Source: a virus
Lineage: Duplodnaviria > Caudoviricetes
Strand: one strand, 5' to 3'
Length of the DNA: 64,000 bases
IMG/VR virus record: IMGVR_UViG_3300003523_000075
Coordinates: 4,581-68,580 of that record
Shown: piece by piece, positions 26,456-36,175 of the stretch
Numbering within the stretch: position 1 is the stretch's first letter
How the letters are laid out: each line of letters starts with the position of its first letter
Position numbers and translations under genes: made by a program
The notes under the pieces: model-generated
Database searches by the model: none
The model's input: the letters and a program-made list of their open reading frames with translations, nothing else
Told to the model about the DNA's origin: nothing

Positions 26456-27631
26456 ATGATACGTAATATAAATACATGTAATTTAACTAAAGATTATATA
26501 GAATCTAAAGTTAGTCAAGTATCTATAATGTCAAAATATCTTGATATTCCTGTAGAAGTAATTAATGATTGTATTGAACATAATCATTTAATTTATTCTG
26601 TTTTCAGGGATGATGATAACAACAAAAGTATGGGTTTTGCTATAAATAAAAAAGGAAGACTTAAAGTAAGAGATTTTGGTGGTTATGGATTTTTTGAAGA
26701 TGTTTACGGTACTGTAGCTTATGTATTAAGTATTATGTGTGAACGTAAAATAGAACCAAATAATAAACAAGACTTTTATTTTATTCTTAAACACATAGCT
26801 TATACCTTTAGAGATGTTATAGAGAATAAAACTGTAGATGAAAATTTAGATTCTACAATAAAGTCTGCATTACAAAAAGGTAAAAAAGGAAAAGCAATTA
26901 TTGATGTTGTTCAAAGAAGTTGGAATAAAGCTGATAAAGCTTATTGGAATAGTTTAGGTATAGATCTAGGTTATCTCAATACACATTTTGTAACTCCAGT
27001 AGAACAATATTATATTGATAGAGGTAAAGACTCTGATCCTAAATATTATTATAAAGAAAAAGATCCTTGTTATGCTTATATACTTGGACAAAACAGAAAA
27101 GGTATTAATTTAATTAAACTTTATTTTCCTAAACGTGATAGAGAAAGAAAATTAAAGTTTGTTACTAATTGTAATGTTCTCGAAGGTCTTCTTAATCTTG
27201 AATTATTTAATTATGATTATATTCTTATTACTAAAAGTAGTAAAGATAGATTAGCAATAGGTAATTGGTTATACCATCATCCTTTCTATGGGGGGGATGA
27301 CGAAGAACTTAAAATTGGTGTAATCAATCTACCTAGTGAAAATCATAGATTAAGACAAGAAGAATATCAATATTTAATTAGTAGATTAACTCCTGGAGGT
27401 AAACTTATAAGTTTGTTAGATTTTGATAAAGCTGGCAGAAATGGTGCTAAATTTCTTCAAGAAACTTATGGTATACCTTATATATTTATCACAAGAGGTG
27501 AATTTGGATTGTTAGATTATAATGCTAAAGACTTTAGTGATTTATATCTAACTTATACTAAAGATGAAATTAATGAATTTGTAAAAAATACTATTATTTA
27601 TGTTCGACAAAGATACCCAGTTGTACACTAA
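26456..27631 (+). CDS. DnaG-type (TOPRIM) primase
   Basis: FRDD and VRDFG in the N-domain, LITKSSKD, LDFDKAG (DxD) and KDFSD. Confidence 0.8.
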   Translation: MIRNINTCNLTKDYIESKVSQVSIMSKYLDIPVEVINDCIEHNHLIYSVFRDDDNNKSMGFAINKKGRLKVRDFGGYGFFEDVYGTVAYVLSIMCERKIEPNNKQDFYFILKHIAYTFRDVIENKTVDENLDSTIKSALQKGKKGKAIIDVVQRSWNKADKAYWNSLGIDLGYLNTHFVTPVEQYYIDRGKDSDPKYYYKEKDPCYAYILGQNRKGINLIKLYFPKRDRERKLKFVTNCNVLEGLLNLELFNYDYILITKSSKDRLAIGNWLYHHPFYGGDDEELKIGVINLPSENHRLRQEEYQYLISRLTPGGKLISLLDFDKAGRNGAKFLQETYGIPYIFITRGEFGLLDYNAKDFSDLYLTYTKDEINEFVKNTIIYVRQRYPVVH

Positions 27632-28235
27632 CGATTGTATTAGTGATAAAGAATGTGCTTTTATAGCAAGACCACAAGAAAACCATAATGTTAGAATTGT
27701 AATGGTTGGTATTAGTGAAGAAGAAGAGTTAGAATTAAGACAACTTAAAACTATTAAAGTTGTTCGTGATAAGATTGAATTTAATATTGAACCTACACAA
27801 TGCTTTCATGTAGGAGAATATGATTTTACTCCTAATAATCCTCAATTAAAAGAAACTGAAGATTTATTTACTGCTTATACAATAAGACATTTTATACCTA
27901 CTAATTGGGATTATAATACAAATAAATATGTATCTACTTATAAACTTGGTAAATGGTATGATACTAGTAATCCTGTAAACTTCCTTCCATATCTTTATGC
28001 TTCTATTGGTAAACCTGAAAGAGTTGCTATCTTTAAAGAATTTCTTGATCCTGTAATGATTAAGAAAATTAAAGAAAAAACTAAAGAAGCTGTTGATAAT
28101 AAAAAGAAGAAAGATTCAGAAGGTAAGAAAGATAGTACTTATAATAAGTATAAGAAGTATCAAACTGCTAAACGTAGAAAAGAACTTGAAGATAAAAAGT
28201 TAACTAGTAAAGTTAATATAAAGTTGCATATATGA
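27600..28235 (+). CDS. Hypothetical protein
   Basis: 211-aa ORF with a basic tail. Confidence 0.75.
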   Translation: MFDKDTQLYTNDCISDKECAFIARPQENHNVRIVMVGISEEEELELRQLKTIKVVRDKIEFNIEPTQCFHVGEYDFTPNNPQLKETEDLFTAYTIRHFIPTNWDYNTNKYVSTYKLGKWYDTSNPVNFLPYLYASIGKPERVAIFKEFLDPVMIKKIKEKTKEAVDNKKKKDSEGKKDSTYNKYKKYQTAKRRKELEDKKLTSKVNIKLHI

Positions 28236-28705
28236 TTAAAGAATTAGAAGATGTTTGTAAGCAATATACTTTTATGCTTACTGAACTAGATGATATAGTA
28301 GCTACACAAACTATAAATCATGCTGGTTTTGATTTTTGGTTTAATCATCAATTAGATACTTTTCTAAATTGTACTAAAACATTTAAAAGTGGTCAACGTA
28401 TAACATCTATTAAATCTAATCAATATGGTAAAGAATTATATCTTACTATAAAAATGATTAAAGAACAATGTGATGCTCTATTAGCTGCTGATTATCTCAA
28501 AAGATTATATGAACATCATTTAAAAATGGTTGAATTTGAAGCTAATAATCCAGATACTTATGTACCAACTAAATCTAGTAAAAAGAAATCTACTACTAGA
28601 AAACGTAAACAACTAAGTATGGATTTAGGTGAAGAATTTAGTAAACCTCGTAAAACTAAAATTAATAATTTTCCTAAAATTATTGTTAAAATTCCAGGCT
28701 TATGA
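28232..28705 (+). CDS. Hypothetical protein
   Basis: 157-aa ORF, ATGA-coupled at both ends. Confidence 0.75.
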   Translation: MIKELEDVCKQYTFMLTELDDIVATQTINHAGFDFWFNHQLDTFLNCTKTFKSGQRITSIKSNQYGKELYLTIKMIKEQCDALLAADYLKRLYEHHLKMVEFEANNPDTYVPTKSSKKKSTTRKRKQLSMDLGEEFSKPRKTKINNFPKIIVKIPGL

Positions 28706-29907
28706 TTACAATGTATAAACGTAATGCTCAAGGTAAACCTATATATTGGGGTGTACAAAAATTTTATGATGGTAATAAAACTGTTATAAGAGTTGTACAT
28801 GGAATGGTAGGTAAAACTGAGTTTCAAGAAAAAATAAATACTAATAGAGATTTAGATGCAGAAATAAAATCCCTTGTTGCAGCTAAAAGAAAAACTGGAT
28901 ATAAAGAACTTCAAGATCTTTATGATAATGCTCCTGAATATCTACCAGATCAATCTCTTTGGCATTATCTTAACGATTATCTTCCTAAAAATAATACACA
29001 TGCTGATGGTAAATTTATACCTATGTTGTGTAAAACTCTTAATGACAATAAACCTTTTGAAAAAGGTAATTATTTTGGTCAATGGAAGATTAATGGTGAA
29101 AGATGCATAATTACTGCTAATAAATCAGAAGATCTATTTCAAACTGTAAAACTACATTATAGAAGTAGAGAAGGTGCAGATTGGACTGATAAACTTTCTT
29201 ATTTAGATGAACTATTTATACCAATTCTTAAAAAGAATGGTATATTAGATGAAATGGTTGAAGAAGATTTAGCTTTAGATGGTGAACTTTATATACCTGG
29301 TTATAATATCAATGATATAAATCATTTCATTAAAAATACTGATGTTCCACAACATTATAAACTTCAGTATTGGTTATATGATTTGTGTGTTGAAAATATG
29401 ACTGCTGGTGGAAGACAATCTTATATTTGGAATAGGTTATCTTATTACTCCCCCGTAGTGAATAGTATTGAAGATCATCTAAGAATAATCACTCCATTTA
29501 ATGTTCTTCCTTCTGTAATTGTAAAAGACTTTAATGATGCAGTATACACAAGAGATGAATTTATTTCTTACGGTTTTGAAGGTCTTGTTATTAGAGAAGA
29601 TCAAACTGAATATCAATTTGGTGGTAAACGTAATAATGCTATGCTCAAGTTTAAAAAGAAACTAGATGGTTATTTTGAAATACTTGATATTAGAGAAGAT
29701 AAACGTGGATTACCAATTTATATTCTTAAAAATGATATTAATGATGAAGTTTTTGAATGTACTCTTAATGCAACACAAGATGTTCAAAGAAGTCATCTTA
29801 ATATGAAAGAAGTATTAAAAGGTAAAAAAGGTCTTGTTGAATATCGTGAACGTAGTGGTGTTAAACAAGTTCCTTTTCATGCTAAACTTATTCAAATAAT
29901 GATATAA
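28702..29907 (+). CDS. lig: ATP-dependent DNA ligase
   Basis: Motif I QWKINGERC, motif III LDGELY, IIIa YWLYD, IV EGLVIR and V LKFK. Confidence 0.92.
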   Translation: MITMYKRNAQGKPIYWGVQKFYDGNKTVIRVVHGMVGKTEFQEKINTNRDLDAEIKSLVAAKRKTGYKELQDLYDNAPEYLPDQSLWHYLNDYLPKNNTHADGKFIPMLCKTLNDNKPFEKGNYFGQWKINGERCIITANKSEDLFQTVKLHYRSREGADWTDKLSYLDELFIPILKKNGILDEMVEEDLALDGELYIPGYNINDINHFIKNTDVPQHYKLQYWLYDLCVENMTAGGRQSYIWNRLSYYSPVVNSIEDHLRIITPFNVLPSVIVKDFNDAVYTRDEFISYGFEGLVIREDQTEYQFGGKRNNAMLKFKKKLDGYFEILDIREDKRGLPIYILKNDINDEVFECTLNATQDVQRSHLNMKEVLKGKKGLVEYRERSGVKQVPFHAKLIQIMI

Positions 29908-30089
29908 TTATGTTTGGAAATAAATATTTAAATAAAAGTATAAACATAGATATAAATAAACATGAAATATACTTGACACCTAGTATAATAGTTTCTAAAT
30001 GCGGAAAACATCTTGAGATAACTATAGGTGTATTATTTTTCTTTATTTATATTTGTTATACTATAGATGATTTAGAAAATATGTAAATT

Positions 30090-30446
30090 ATGAATCTTAG
30101 TGCTTATGATAGTGTAAAACCTAAAATTGATAAAACTAAAACATGGGTTGATACTGAAAAGCAAATTCTGTATAGTAGAGAAATACAATATAGACCTTAT
30201 GTTACTTTAAGTAAAAGATATGATCCAGTATGTTGCGATTATGAATATTTTGTGATACTGTTAGATGATTATCCTGAAGACAGACAATATAGTAGAACTA
30301 ATAAAGATGATTATGGGAGAATTAAAATTAAACTCACAGGAATATTCAAAGATTGTGGTTTGTCAGAATTAGGTACTACACAAAATATAAGTATTGAACA
30401 TATTGAACATACAGATGATGGTGATATATATAAAATAGGTTTTTAG
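30090..30446 (+). CDS. Hypothetical protein
   Basis: 118-aa ORF. Confidence 0.75.
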   Translation: MNLSAYDSVKPKIDKTKTWVDTEKQILYSREIQYRPYVTLSKRYDPVCCDYEYFVILLDDYPEDRQYSRTNKDDYGRIKIKLTGIFKDCGLSELGTTQNISIEHIEHTDDGDIYKIGF

Positions 30447-30625
30447 GTTGAAATGAGTTTGCAACGGCGTATCTATAAGGTGTAACAGCCTTGTAGGTAC
30501 GCTTTTTTCTTTATCTCCTGCGTTTTTATATGCTTTGTGATATTTTTATCATAAATCAATTTTGAGGCTCTTAAAAGCCAAAATAAAAAATTATAGAAAA
30601 ATCAGTTTATATTAAATAAAATTTA

Positions 30626-30633
30626 TATTTTTG
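30626..30633 (+). promoter_or_regulatory. Bacteroidota -7 box TATTTTTG
   Basis: TAnnTTTG followed by CA, directly upstream of ATG 30638. Confidence 0.5.
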
Positions 30634-30637
30634 CATT

Positions 30638-31084
30638 ATGAAATTAAACAATCAAATACCAAATCATGTTATTAAAGCTGCTGATAAAAGTTTTAAAGCA
30701 TCTAAACTATTAGATGTTTATAGAAGATTTTTTATTAAAGCTTTTTATTCAGGTTATAAATATGGTTCTTCACACACTAAATTAAGAATAGCATATAGTA
30801 ATTATAAACGTAATAAAGTAGAAGAATCACTAAATACTAAACAAATAGTATATCATTATTATGTTTTTGATTATAGCACTCCTGGTATTTATAAAATAAA
30901 ATTAACAAGAAGTCAAATAGAAAGTATAAGACAAAAACTAATAGATAGAGGTTATTTAAATAAAGATAATGAAATCAAAGATGGTGACGTTTTATATTAT
31001 TTTGGTTTTAAAGAATCTAATTGTTCTTGGATGGTTTATCCAGAAAATTTAGATATACAAGAAATAAAAGAACCTATTAATTAA
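30638..31084 (+). CDS. Hypothetical protein
   Basis: 148-aa ORF. Confidence 0.7.
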   Translation: MKLNNQIPNHVIKAADKSFKASKLLDVYRRFFIKAFYSGYKYGSSHTKLRIAYSNYKRNKVEESLNTKQIVYHYYVFDYSTPGIYKIKLTRSQIESIRQKLIDRGYLNKDNEIKDGDVLYYFGFKESNCSWMVYPENLDIQEIKEPIN

Positions 31085-31096
31085 AATTTTAAAATT

Positions 31097-31444
31097 ATGT
31101 TTGAAACAGTTATTCAAATTGAAGACAATCTTGCAACAAAAGATGTACAAGAGTTTGCAAATATTGCCACAGATGCAGTCATTCTTTATGCTAAAAAGAA
31201 CCATGATTATGGTAATTCTTTTGATAAAGGAATGGATTCTATAGGTGATGCTTATGGTATTGGTCGTATTTACGATAAAGTAAATAGATTAATAACTTTA
31301 ACAAAACCTTGTTGTGAAAGTAGAACAATAACAGATGAAACAATAGACGATACTCTTATTGATTTAGCTTGTTATTCTATTATGTTGCTTAAATATCGTA
31401 AAGCACAAAGAATTAATAAAACTAATGAAGTTGTATTGAACTAA
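31097..31444 (+). CDS. DUF1599 (nucleotide-modification-associated, MazG-like fold) protein
   Basis: KKNHDYGNSF, RIYDKVNRL and ETIDDTLIDLACYSIM motifs. Confidence 0.75.
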   Translation: MFETVIQIEDNLATKDVQEFANIATDAVILYAKKNHDYGNSFDKGMDSIGDAYGIGRIYDKVNRLITLTKPCCESRTITDETIDDTLIDLACYSIMLLKYRKAQRINKTNEVVLN

Positions 31445-31620
31445 TGAACGCTGTTAAAGTTATAGTTATTAAAGATGGAGAACGTATTCCAGCATTACAC
31501 CTATATAGTGGTATCAGTGATAATGATACGTTTTCCTACTTTATAGGCTCTGACGGAGGTGTAATACTAAATGTAACACAATATGAAATAATTAGTGGAA
31601 CTCCAATAATAAAAATATGA
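31444..31620 (+). CDS. 58-aa hypothetical protein
   Basis: MNAVKVIVIKDGERIPALHLYSG...*, coupled to both neighbours. Confidence 0.55.
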   Translation: MNAVKVIVIKDGERIPALHLYSGISDNDTFSYFIGSDGGVILNVTQYEIISGTPIIKI

Positions 31621-31961
31621 ATACAAGAGAATTTATAGATAATTGGCTTGCTAATAAAGGAAAACCTAATATAGGTGTTCGTAAATATCATCATATTACA
31701 TGTAATGCATATCATCTATGGCATTATACTACTTGTATTGCTAGATGGTGGACATTAGATAATGGTAAAAAAGTGTTATTTATCAATAATACTAATTATG
31801 GTCATTGGTCTGATATAATACAAGCACATCTTATTATGAGATGTAAAAAAATGAATATTATTTATTTCATATTAGATAATATTCCTATCAATAGTTTTTA
31901 TATGCATTGTCAAATAGAAGAATTTATTAAACAATATCCTGGTAATATTAACACATTATGA
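31617..31961 (+). CDS. Hypothetical protein
   Basis: 114-aa ORF, ATGA-coupled. Confidence 0.7.
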   Translation: MNTREFIDNWLANKGKPNIGVRKYHHITCNAYHLWHYTTCIARWWTLDNGKKVLFINNTNYGHWSDIIQAHLIMRCKKMNIIYFILDNIPINSFYMHCQIEEFIKQYPGNINTL

Positions 31962-32695
31962 ATATATTTGAATTACAAAGTGAACTTCTTTCTATTTTTG
32001 ATGAAATAGAAGAAAATGGTGGTGAACTCACTGAAGAATTAGAACAAAAACTTGCTATAACACAAGATAGTTTTAAATCTAAAATTGAAAGTTACACAAA
32101 TGTTGTTAAATCTCTTAAAGCTGATATAGAACAAATCAAAAATGAGCAAAAGAGATTAAAAGAACTTGCAGACACCAAACTTAAAGTTATCGAAAAACTT
32201 TCTAATATAATGATTTATTCTATTAATGAGTTTGGAGATACTAGTAAAGCTGGTGCTAAATATATAGATTATGGTACTGGTAGAGTTAGTGTACGTAAAA
32301 CTACTGCTGTTGATGTAGATACAAAACTTGTAGATCATGTTGAGGAAGCAATACAAGATATCCTTACTTATGGTAAAGAAACAAATCAACTTGGTACTGT
32401 TAATTATATAGGTAATGTTACTATTAAAGAATTCTTAGGTAATATAACTGAACAAAATATTACTGATGATGAATTAGATAAACTTGATTTAACTGTAGAA
32501 ATCAAAATGCCTTTGATTGATGTTTCTAAAGGTTTATCTTATGATATTCTCAGAAATATCGCAGCACGTTATGATGATTATAAACTTAAAACTAGTTTAA
32601 GTAAAACTAGAGTTAAACCTATACTCGAAGAAAATGGTGCCGCATTACCTAATTTAGCTAAACTTTGTAATAACGAATCTTTAAATATAAAATGA
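31958..32695 (+). CDS. Siphovirus Gp157-family protein
   Basis: MNIFELQ.E...IEENGGELTEE...KIESY..VVK.LKADIE.IK.E.KRL coiled-coil signature. Confidence 0.75.
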   Translation: MNIFELQSELLSIFDEIEENGGELTEELEQKLAITQDSFKSKIESYTNVVKSLKADIEQIKNEQKRLKELADTKLKVIEKLSNIMIYSINEFGDTSKAGAKYIDYGTGRVSVRKTTAVDVDTKLVDHVEEAIQDILTYGKETNQLGTVNYIGNVTIKEFLGNITEQNITDDELDKLDLTVEIKMPLIDVSKGLSYDILRNIAARYDDYKLKTSLSKTRVKPILEENGAALPNLAKLCNNESLNIK

Positions 32696-32916
32696 ATCTA
32701 AATTTAAAAATTAAAACAAATGACGATGGTATTATTATAATTCAAAATAAAGCAGGATTTTCAACTAAACAATTAGCTGGTATTTTAACTTTTGCTGATA
32801 CGATTGTAACAACATCATCATCTGTTACTTGTGATATGATATCTAAAACAGAACAAAACATTGTAGAAATTAGAATAGATGATATAGGAGTTTCAATGTA
32901 TGATACGATAAATTAA
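32692..32916 (+). CDS. Hypothetical protein
   Basis: 74-aa ORF. Confidence 0.6.
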   Translation: MNLNLKIKTNDDGIIIIQNKAGFSTKQLAGILTFADTIVTTSSSVTCDMISKTEQNIVEIRIDDIGVSMYDTIN

Positions 32917-33019
32917 AATAATAAAAATATAAAAACTATTAGAATAATACACTCGGATAGTTGTAAATTAGAAGAATTTATCAAACTTGTTATAAACAAA
33001 TCTTTAATTATTAAATAAT

Positions 33020-33196
33020 ATGCATTTAAGTAAAACTAATGAAAATGGAATAACTTTAGAACAATTAAAGTTATTTATAGATGATTGTTATGAAAGATTA
33101 CCTGCTAATACACCTGTTTGTGTTAATAATAATGTAACACCTTGTGTCGATATAAAAGCAGATGAAGAAAGTATAAACTTTTATGATTGGATTTAA
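33020..33196 (+). CDS. 58-aa hypothetical protein
   Basis: MHLSKTNENGITLEQLKLFIDDCYERLPANTPV...YDWI*, ends 2 nt before the DUF932 start. Confidence 0.6.
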   Translation: MHLSKTNENGITLEQLKLFIDDCYERLPANTPVCVNNNVTPCVDIKADEESINFYDWI

Positions 33197-33198
33197 TT

Positions 33199-34290
33199 AT
33201 GAAATATAATCAAAAATATGCAGCTATCGGACTACCTTGGAACGGTCCTTTTGCAACTGATGTTTCAGATTGTAAAACAGCTAAAGATGTAATCAAAAAA
33301 GCTAAATTAGATTATACAGTAGATAAATGCGAACTTGTAGCAAGAATGCCTATAAAAGAAGGTAACAATAATTCTGTTAGTGAAATTATGGGCGATTTTG
33401 CACATGAAGGATATATTTATAGAAATTGTCCTGATGCATTTTCTACTTATAGAACTGATAAGAATATACCTTTAGGTCTTGTTAAAGATAGATATGAAGT
33501 TGTTCAAAATATTGACGCTTTTAATTTCTTTGATGATGCTATTGGACCAGATAAAGCTATTTGGCAAACTGCTGGATGTTTTAGATATGGTGAAAGAATA
33601 TTTATATCTGCTAAACTACCTCAAACTACACAAATACATGGTGATCCTATAGATCATTATCTTGTATTTAGTAATTCTCATGATGGTAGTAGTAGTATAA
33701 ATATAATGTTTACTCCAATTCGTGTATTTTGTTTTAATTGTCTTAATTCAGCAAAGAAGAATGCTGACGCTTATATTAGAATAAGACACACTGTATCTGC
33801 TAAAAATAAAATGCAACAAGGTGCTGATATTCTTAATATGGCATTAAAGTATATAACTGAAGCACAACAACTTTATGAAGCACTTTACACTATTAAAATG
33901 TCAGATGCTGAAGTTATGCAATATCTTGCTCATCTTGTACTTAATGCAGAAGAAGAACGTAAAATATTAGAGTATATGTCTAATCCTTATGAAATAGATA
34001 TTACTCCTTTTAAACGTTTGATAAATCGTGATGCTACTATTCTTGAAAGCACTAAGATAAGTATGCGTAAAGCTAATCAAATAGCTAATATGTATGACTA
34101 TTATCAAAATGGTGTTGCTCAAGAAAATATAGCTGGTACTGCATGGGGAGCATATAATGCCGTTACAGGATATTTCTCTAATGTTAACACTGATAAAGGA
34201 ATTAATCGTATGAACGATTTACTTTATGGTGGAGATAATAATAAGATGCAAAATGCTTTTAATGAAGCTTTAGCACTTGCAGAAATATAA
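33199..34290 (+). CDS. DUF932/DUF945 family phage-plasmid protein
   Basis: YRTD...LGLVKDRYEVVQN..AF.FFD, ETAG-like QTAG, NSHDGSS, FTPIRV.C.N.L, IRHT and GTAWGAYNAVT. Confidence 0.85.
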   Translation: MKYNQKYAAIGLPWNGPFATDVSDCKTAKDVIKKAKLDYTVDKCELVARMPIKEGNNNSVSEIMGDFAHEGYIYRNCPDAFSTYRTDKNIPLGLVKDRYEVVQNIDAFNFFDDAIGPDKAIWQTAGCFRYGERIFISAKLPQTTQIHGDPIDHYLVFSNSHDGSSSINIMFTPIRVFCFNCLNSAKKNADAYIRIRHTVSAKNKMQQGADILNMALKYITEAQQLYEALYTIKMSDAEVMQYLAHLVLNAEEERKILEYMSNPYEIDITPFKRLINRDATILESTKISMRKANQIANMYDYYQNGVAQENIAGTAWGAYNAVTGYFSNVNTDKGINRMNDLLYGGDNNKMQNAFNEALALAEI

Positions 34291-34310
34291 ACCAAACTAA
34301 TTCATCATAT

Positions 34311-34385
34311 TCTTCTCTATGGGCGGGATTTAGTTAATAATTATAAACCTTTCTCTCATGTTCCAAATAACCCGCCCGTAGAGAA
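34311..34385. repeat. Second intergenic inverted pair of the dispersed G-run motif
   Basis: ttctctatgggcggg ... cccgcccgtagagaa. Confidence 0.75.
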
Positions 34386-34440
34386 AATGATGATAGAAAT
34401 TCTAATAGAGATTACAATATAAAATTTTTATTTATTTTAC

Positions 34441-34472
34441 TTGCATTATTAGATTTTAATATATTATCTTTG
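34441..34472 (+). promoter_or_regulatory. Bacteroidota-type promoter (-33 TTG / -7 TATCTTTG)
   Basis: TTG at 34441-34443, 21-nt spacer, TATCTTTG at 34465-34472, upstream of dut. Confidence 0.8.
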
Positions 34473-34501
34473 CAAGCAAATAAATTAAAAACATTAAAAA
34501 T

Positions 34502-34930
34502 ATGAAAGTTAAAATTAAAGTTCTTAATGAAAATGCTAGAGTACCTAAGTATGCCAAACCTGGTGATGCTGGTATGGATTTAGTAGCTACTTCTCACATT
34601 TACGATGGTGAAATCGATTGTGAAGTTTATGGTACTGGATTAGCAGTAGAAATTCCTGAAGGTTATGTAGGACTTGTGTTTCCTCGTAGTTCTAATCGTA
34701 AAACTGATTGTTATTTAACTAATTCAGTAGGAGTTATTGATAGTGGATATAGAGGTGAAATCATGGTTAGTTTTAAAAACCGTAATACAGGTGGTAAACG
34801 ACCTTATAAAGTTGGAGATAGAGTCGCTCAACTCATAATTATGCCTTATCCTCAGATTGAGTTTGAAGTAGCTGATGAATTATCAGAAACTGAACGTGGA
34901 GAAGGTGGTCATGGTTCAACTGGAAAATAA
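34502..34930 (+). CDS. dut: Trimeric dUTPase
   Basis: All five motifs present: AGMDL, PRSS, GVIDSGYRGEI, DRVAQLII and RGEGGHGSTG. Confidence 0.97.
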   Translation: MKVKIKVLNENARVPKYAKPGDAGMDLVATSHIYDGEIDCEVYGTGLAVEIPEGYVGLVFPRSSNRKTDCYLTNSVGVIDSGYRGEIMVSFKNRNTGGKRPYKVGDRVAQLIIMPYPQIEFEVADELSETERGEGGHGSTGK

Positions 34931-34937
34931 TACAATT

Positions 34938-35405
34938 ATGAATAACTATATTGGTATAAAAGTAGTAGATGCAGAACAAATGACTCGTTATGAAGCATTT
35001 GAAAAAGGTTATTATAGACTTGCTAATGGTGAAACTATTGAAAACCAAGTTAATGATAATGGTTATCATGTTAAATATGAAGATGGTTATGATAGTTGGT
35101 GTCCAGCAGAAATATTTGAAAACTATAATAAACCTATAAATACTCTTCGTGAAACTGCTATTAAAATGAATAGTAATGACTATAAAGATAGATTTATAGC
35201 AGAATATGTTCAGCTTAGTACTCGTTTTGATGCTCTTGCTAATATGTGTAAAAAATGGGATGAACAAGGTGTTGAAGGCTTAGGCTTTACTCCTACTTGT
35301 CCTCGTGAAACATATACACGTCAACTTAAAGCTATGCATGAATATCTTACTATTCTTGAAGAACGTGCTGAACTTGAAAATATAAACTTACATAATACTA
35401 AATAA
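34938..35405 (+). CDS. Two-domain hypothetical protein (C-terminal crAss001_48-like helical domain)
   Basis: YIG.K.V.AE.M...GY.V.YEDGY.SWCP..IFE followed by RF..EY.QL..R...L...QL.AM..Y..IL..RA. True start is ATG 34938. Confidence 0.7.
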   Translation: MNNYIGIKVVDAEQMTRYEAFEKGYYRLANGETIENQVNDNGYHVKYEDGYDSWCPAEIFENYNKPINTLRETAIKMNSNDYKDRFIAEYVQLSTRFDALANMCKKWDEQGVEGLGFTPTCPRETYTRQLKAMHEYLTILEERAELENINLHNTK

Positions 35406-35407
35406 AT

Positions 35408-35809
35408 ATGAAAGATTTCGTTAAAAGAATGATTGAAGAACATGCTGATCTTCAAATTAAGATTTTTAAACTTGATGCATTTATTTATTCTGGTGATGCT
35501 AAAGAAATTTGTGTACCTGAAGAATATGCTAATGCTTGTATTCAACTTAAAGCTATGCGTAATTATGAAGATGCGTTACGTGCTAGATTGTTGAATCACG
35601 GTATTGAAGAAAATAATGGTAAATACTTTGAACAAGTAGGTGAAATTATTACTGTTTCTAATCCTACTGAACCTACAGGTAAAGATGATAAAGAACCTAC
35701 AGACAAAACTGGTTCTCCTGAAGATGATGGAAACAAACGTGAAGTTTTTATAGATCCTGCTGAACCTAATGACAGTGTTTGTGGTGTAAAATTTATTTTC
35801 TTTGATTGA
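35408..35809 (+). CDS. crAss001_48-like helical domain protein
   Basis: RMIEEH.DL..KI.KL..FI...QLKAMRNYEDALRARL, paralogous to the C-terminal half of the upstream gene. Acidic P/T-rich tail. Confidence 0.7.
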   Translation: MKDFVKRMIEEHADLQIKIFKLDAFIYSGDAKEICVPEEYANACIQLKAMRNYEDALRARLLNHGIEENNGKYFEQVGEIITVSNPTEPTGKDDKEPTDKTGSPEDDGNKREVFIDPAEPNDSVCGVKFIFFD

Positions 35810-35811
35810 TT

Positions 35812-36087
35812 ATGATAGACGTTAAACTTATTACTACTGAAGGATGTGAAGCTTGTAAAATACAAGATAAAATTCTTCAACGTGCATTACCTACTGCTGG
35901 TAAATCTGCTATAATATATACTAGGTTAGATTGTAAAGATGAACGAGTTAAAGAACTTGTTAAAAAATATAATAGACCTATACATGATTTTCCAACAACT
36001 ATCTTTTTTAAAGATGAAGAATTAATTACTTATATTGAAGGTACTTGTACTAGTAAAAGAATAACTGATATTATAAATTCTATTTAA
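35812..36087 (+). CDS. Thioredoxin/glutaredoxin-like protein
   Basis: TEGCEACK (CxxC) and the cis-Pro motif FPTTIF. Confidence 0.85.
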   Translation: MIDVKLITTEGCEACKIQDKILQRALPTAGKSAIIYTRLDCKDERVKELVKKYNRPIHDFPTTIFFKDEELITYIEGTCTSKRITDIINSI

Positions 36088-36128
36088 GAACTATGTTTTC
36101 CATGATATAGTATTTTAGAAGTGAACAG

Positions 36129-36165
36129 ACTCCTACAATGTAAAAGTTGTAGGAGTTTTTTTTTT
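36129..36165 (+). terminator. Intrinsic terminator
   Basis: actcctacaa/ttgtaggagt stem followed by T10. Confidence 0.85.
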
Positions 36166-36175
36166 AATTATTATT

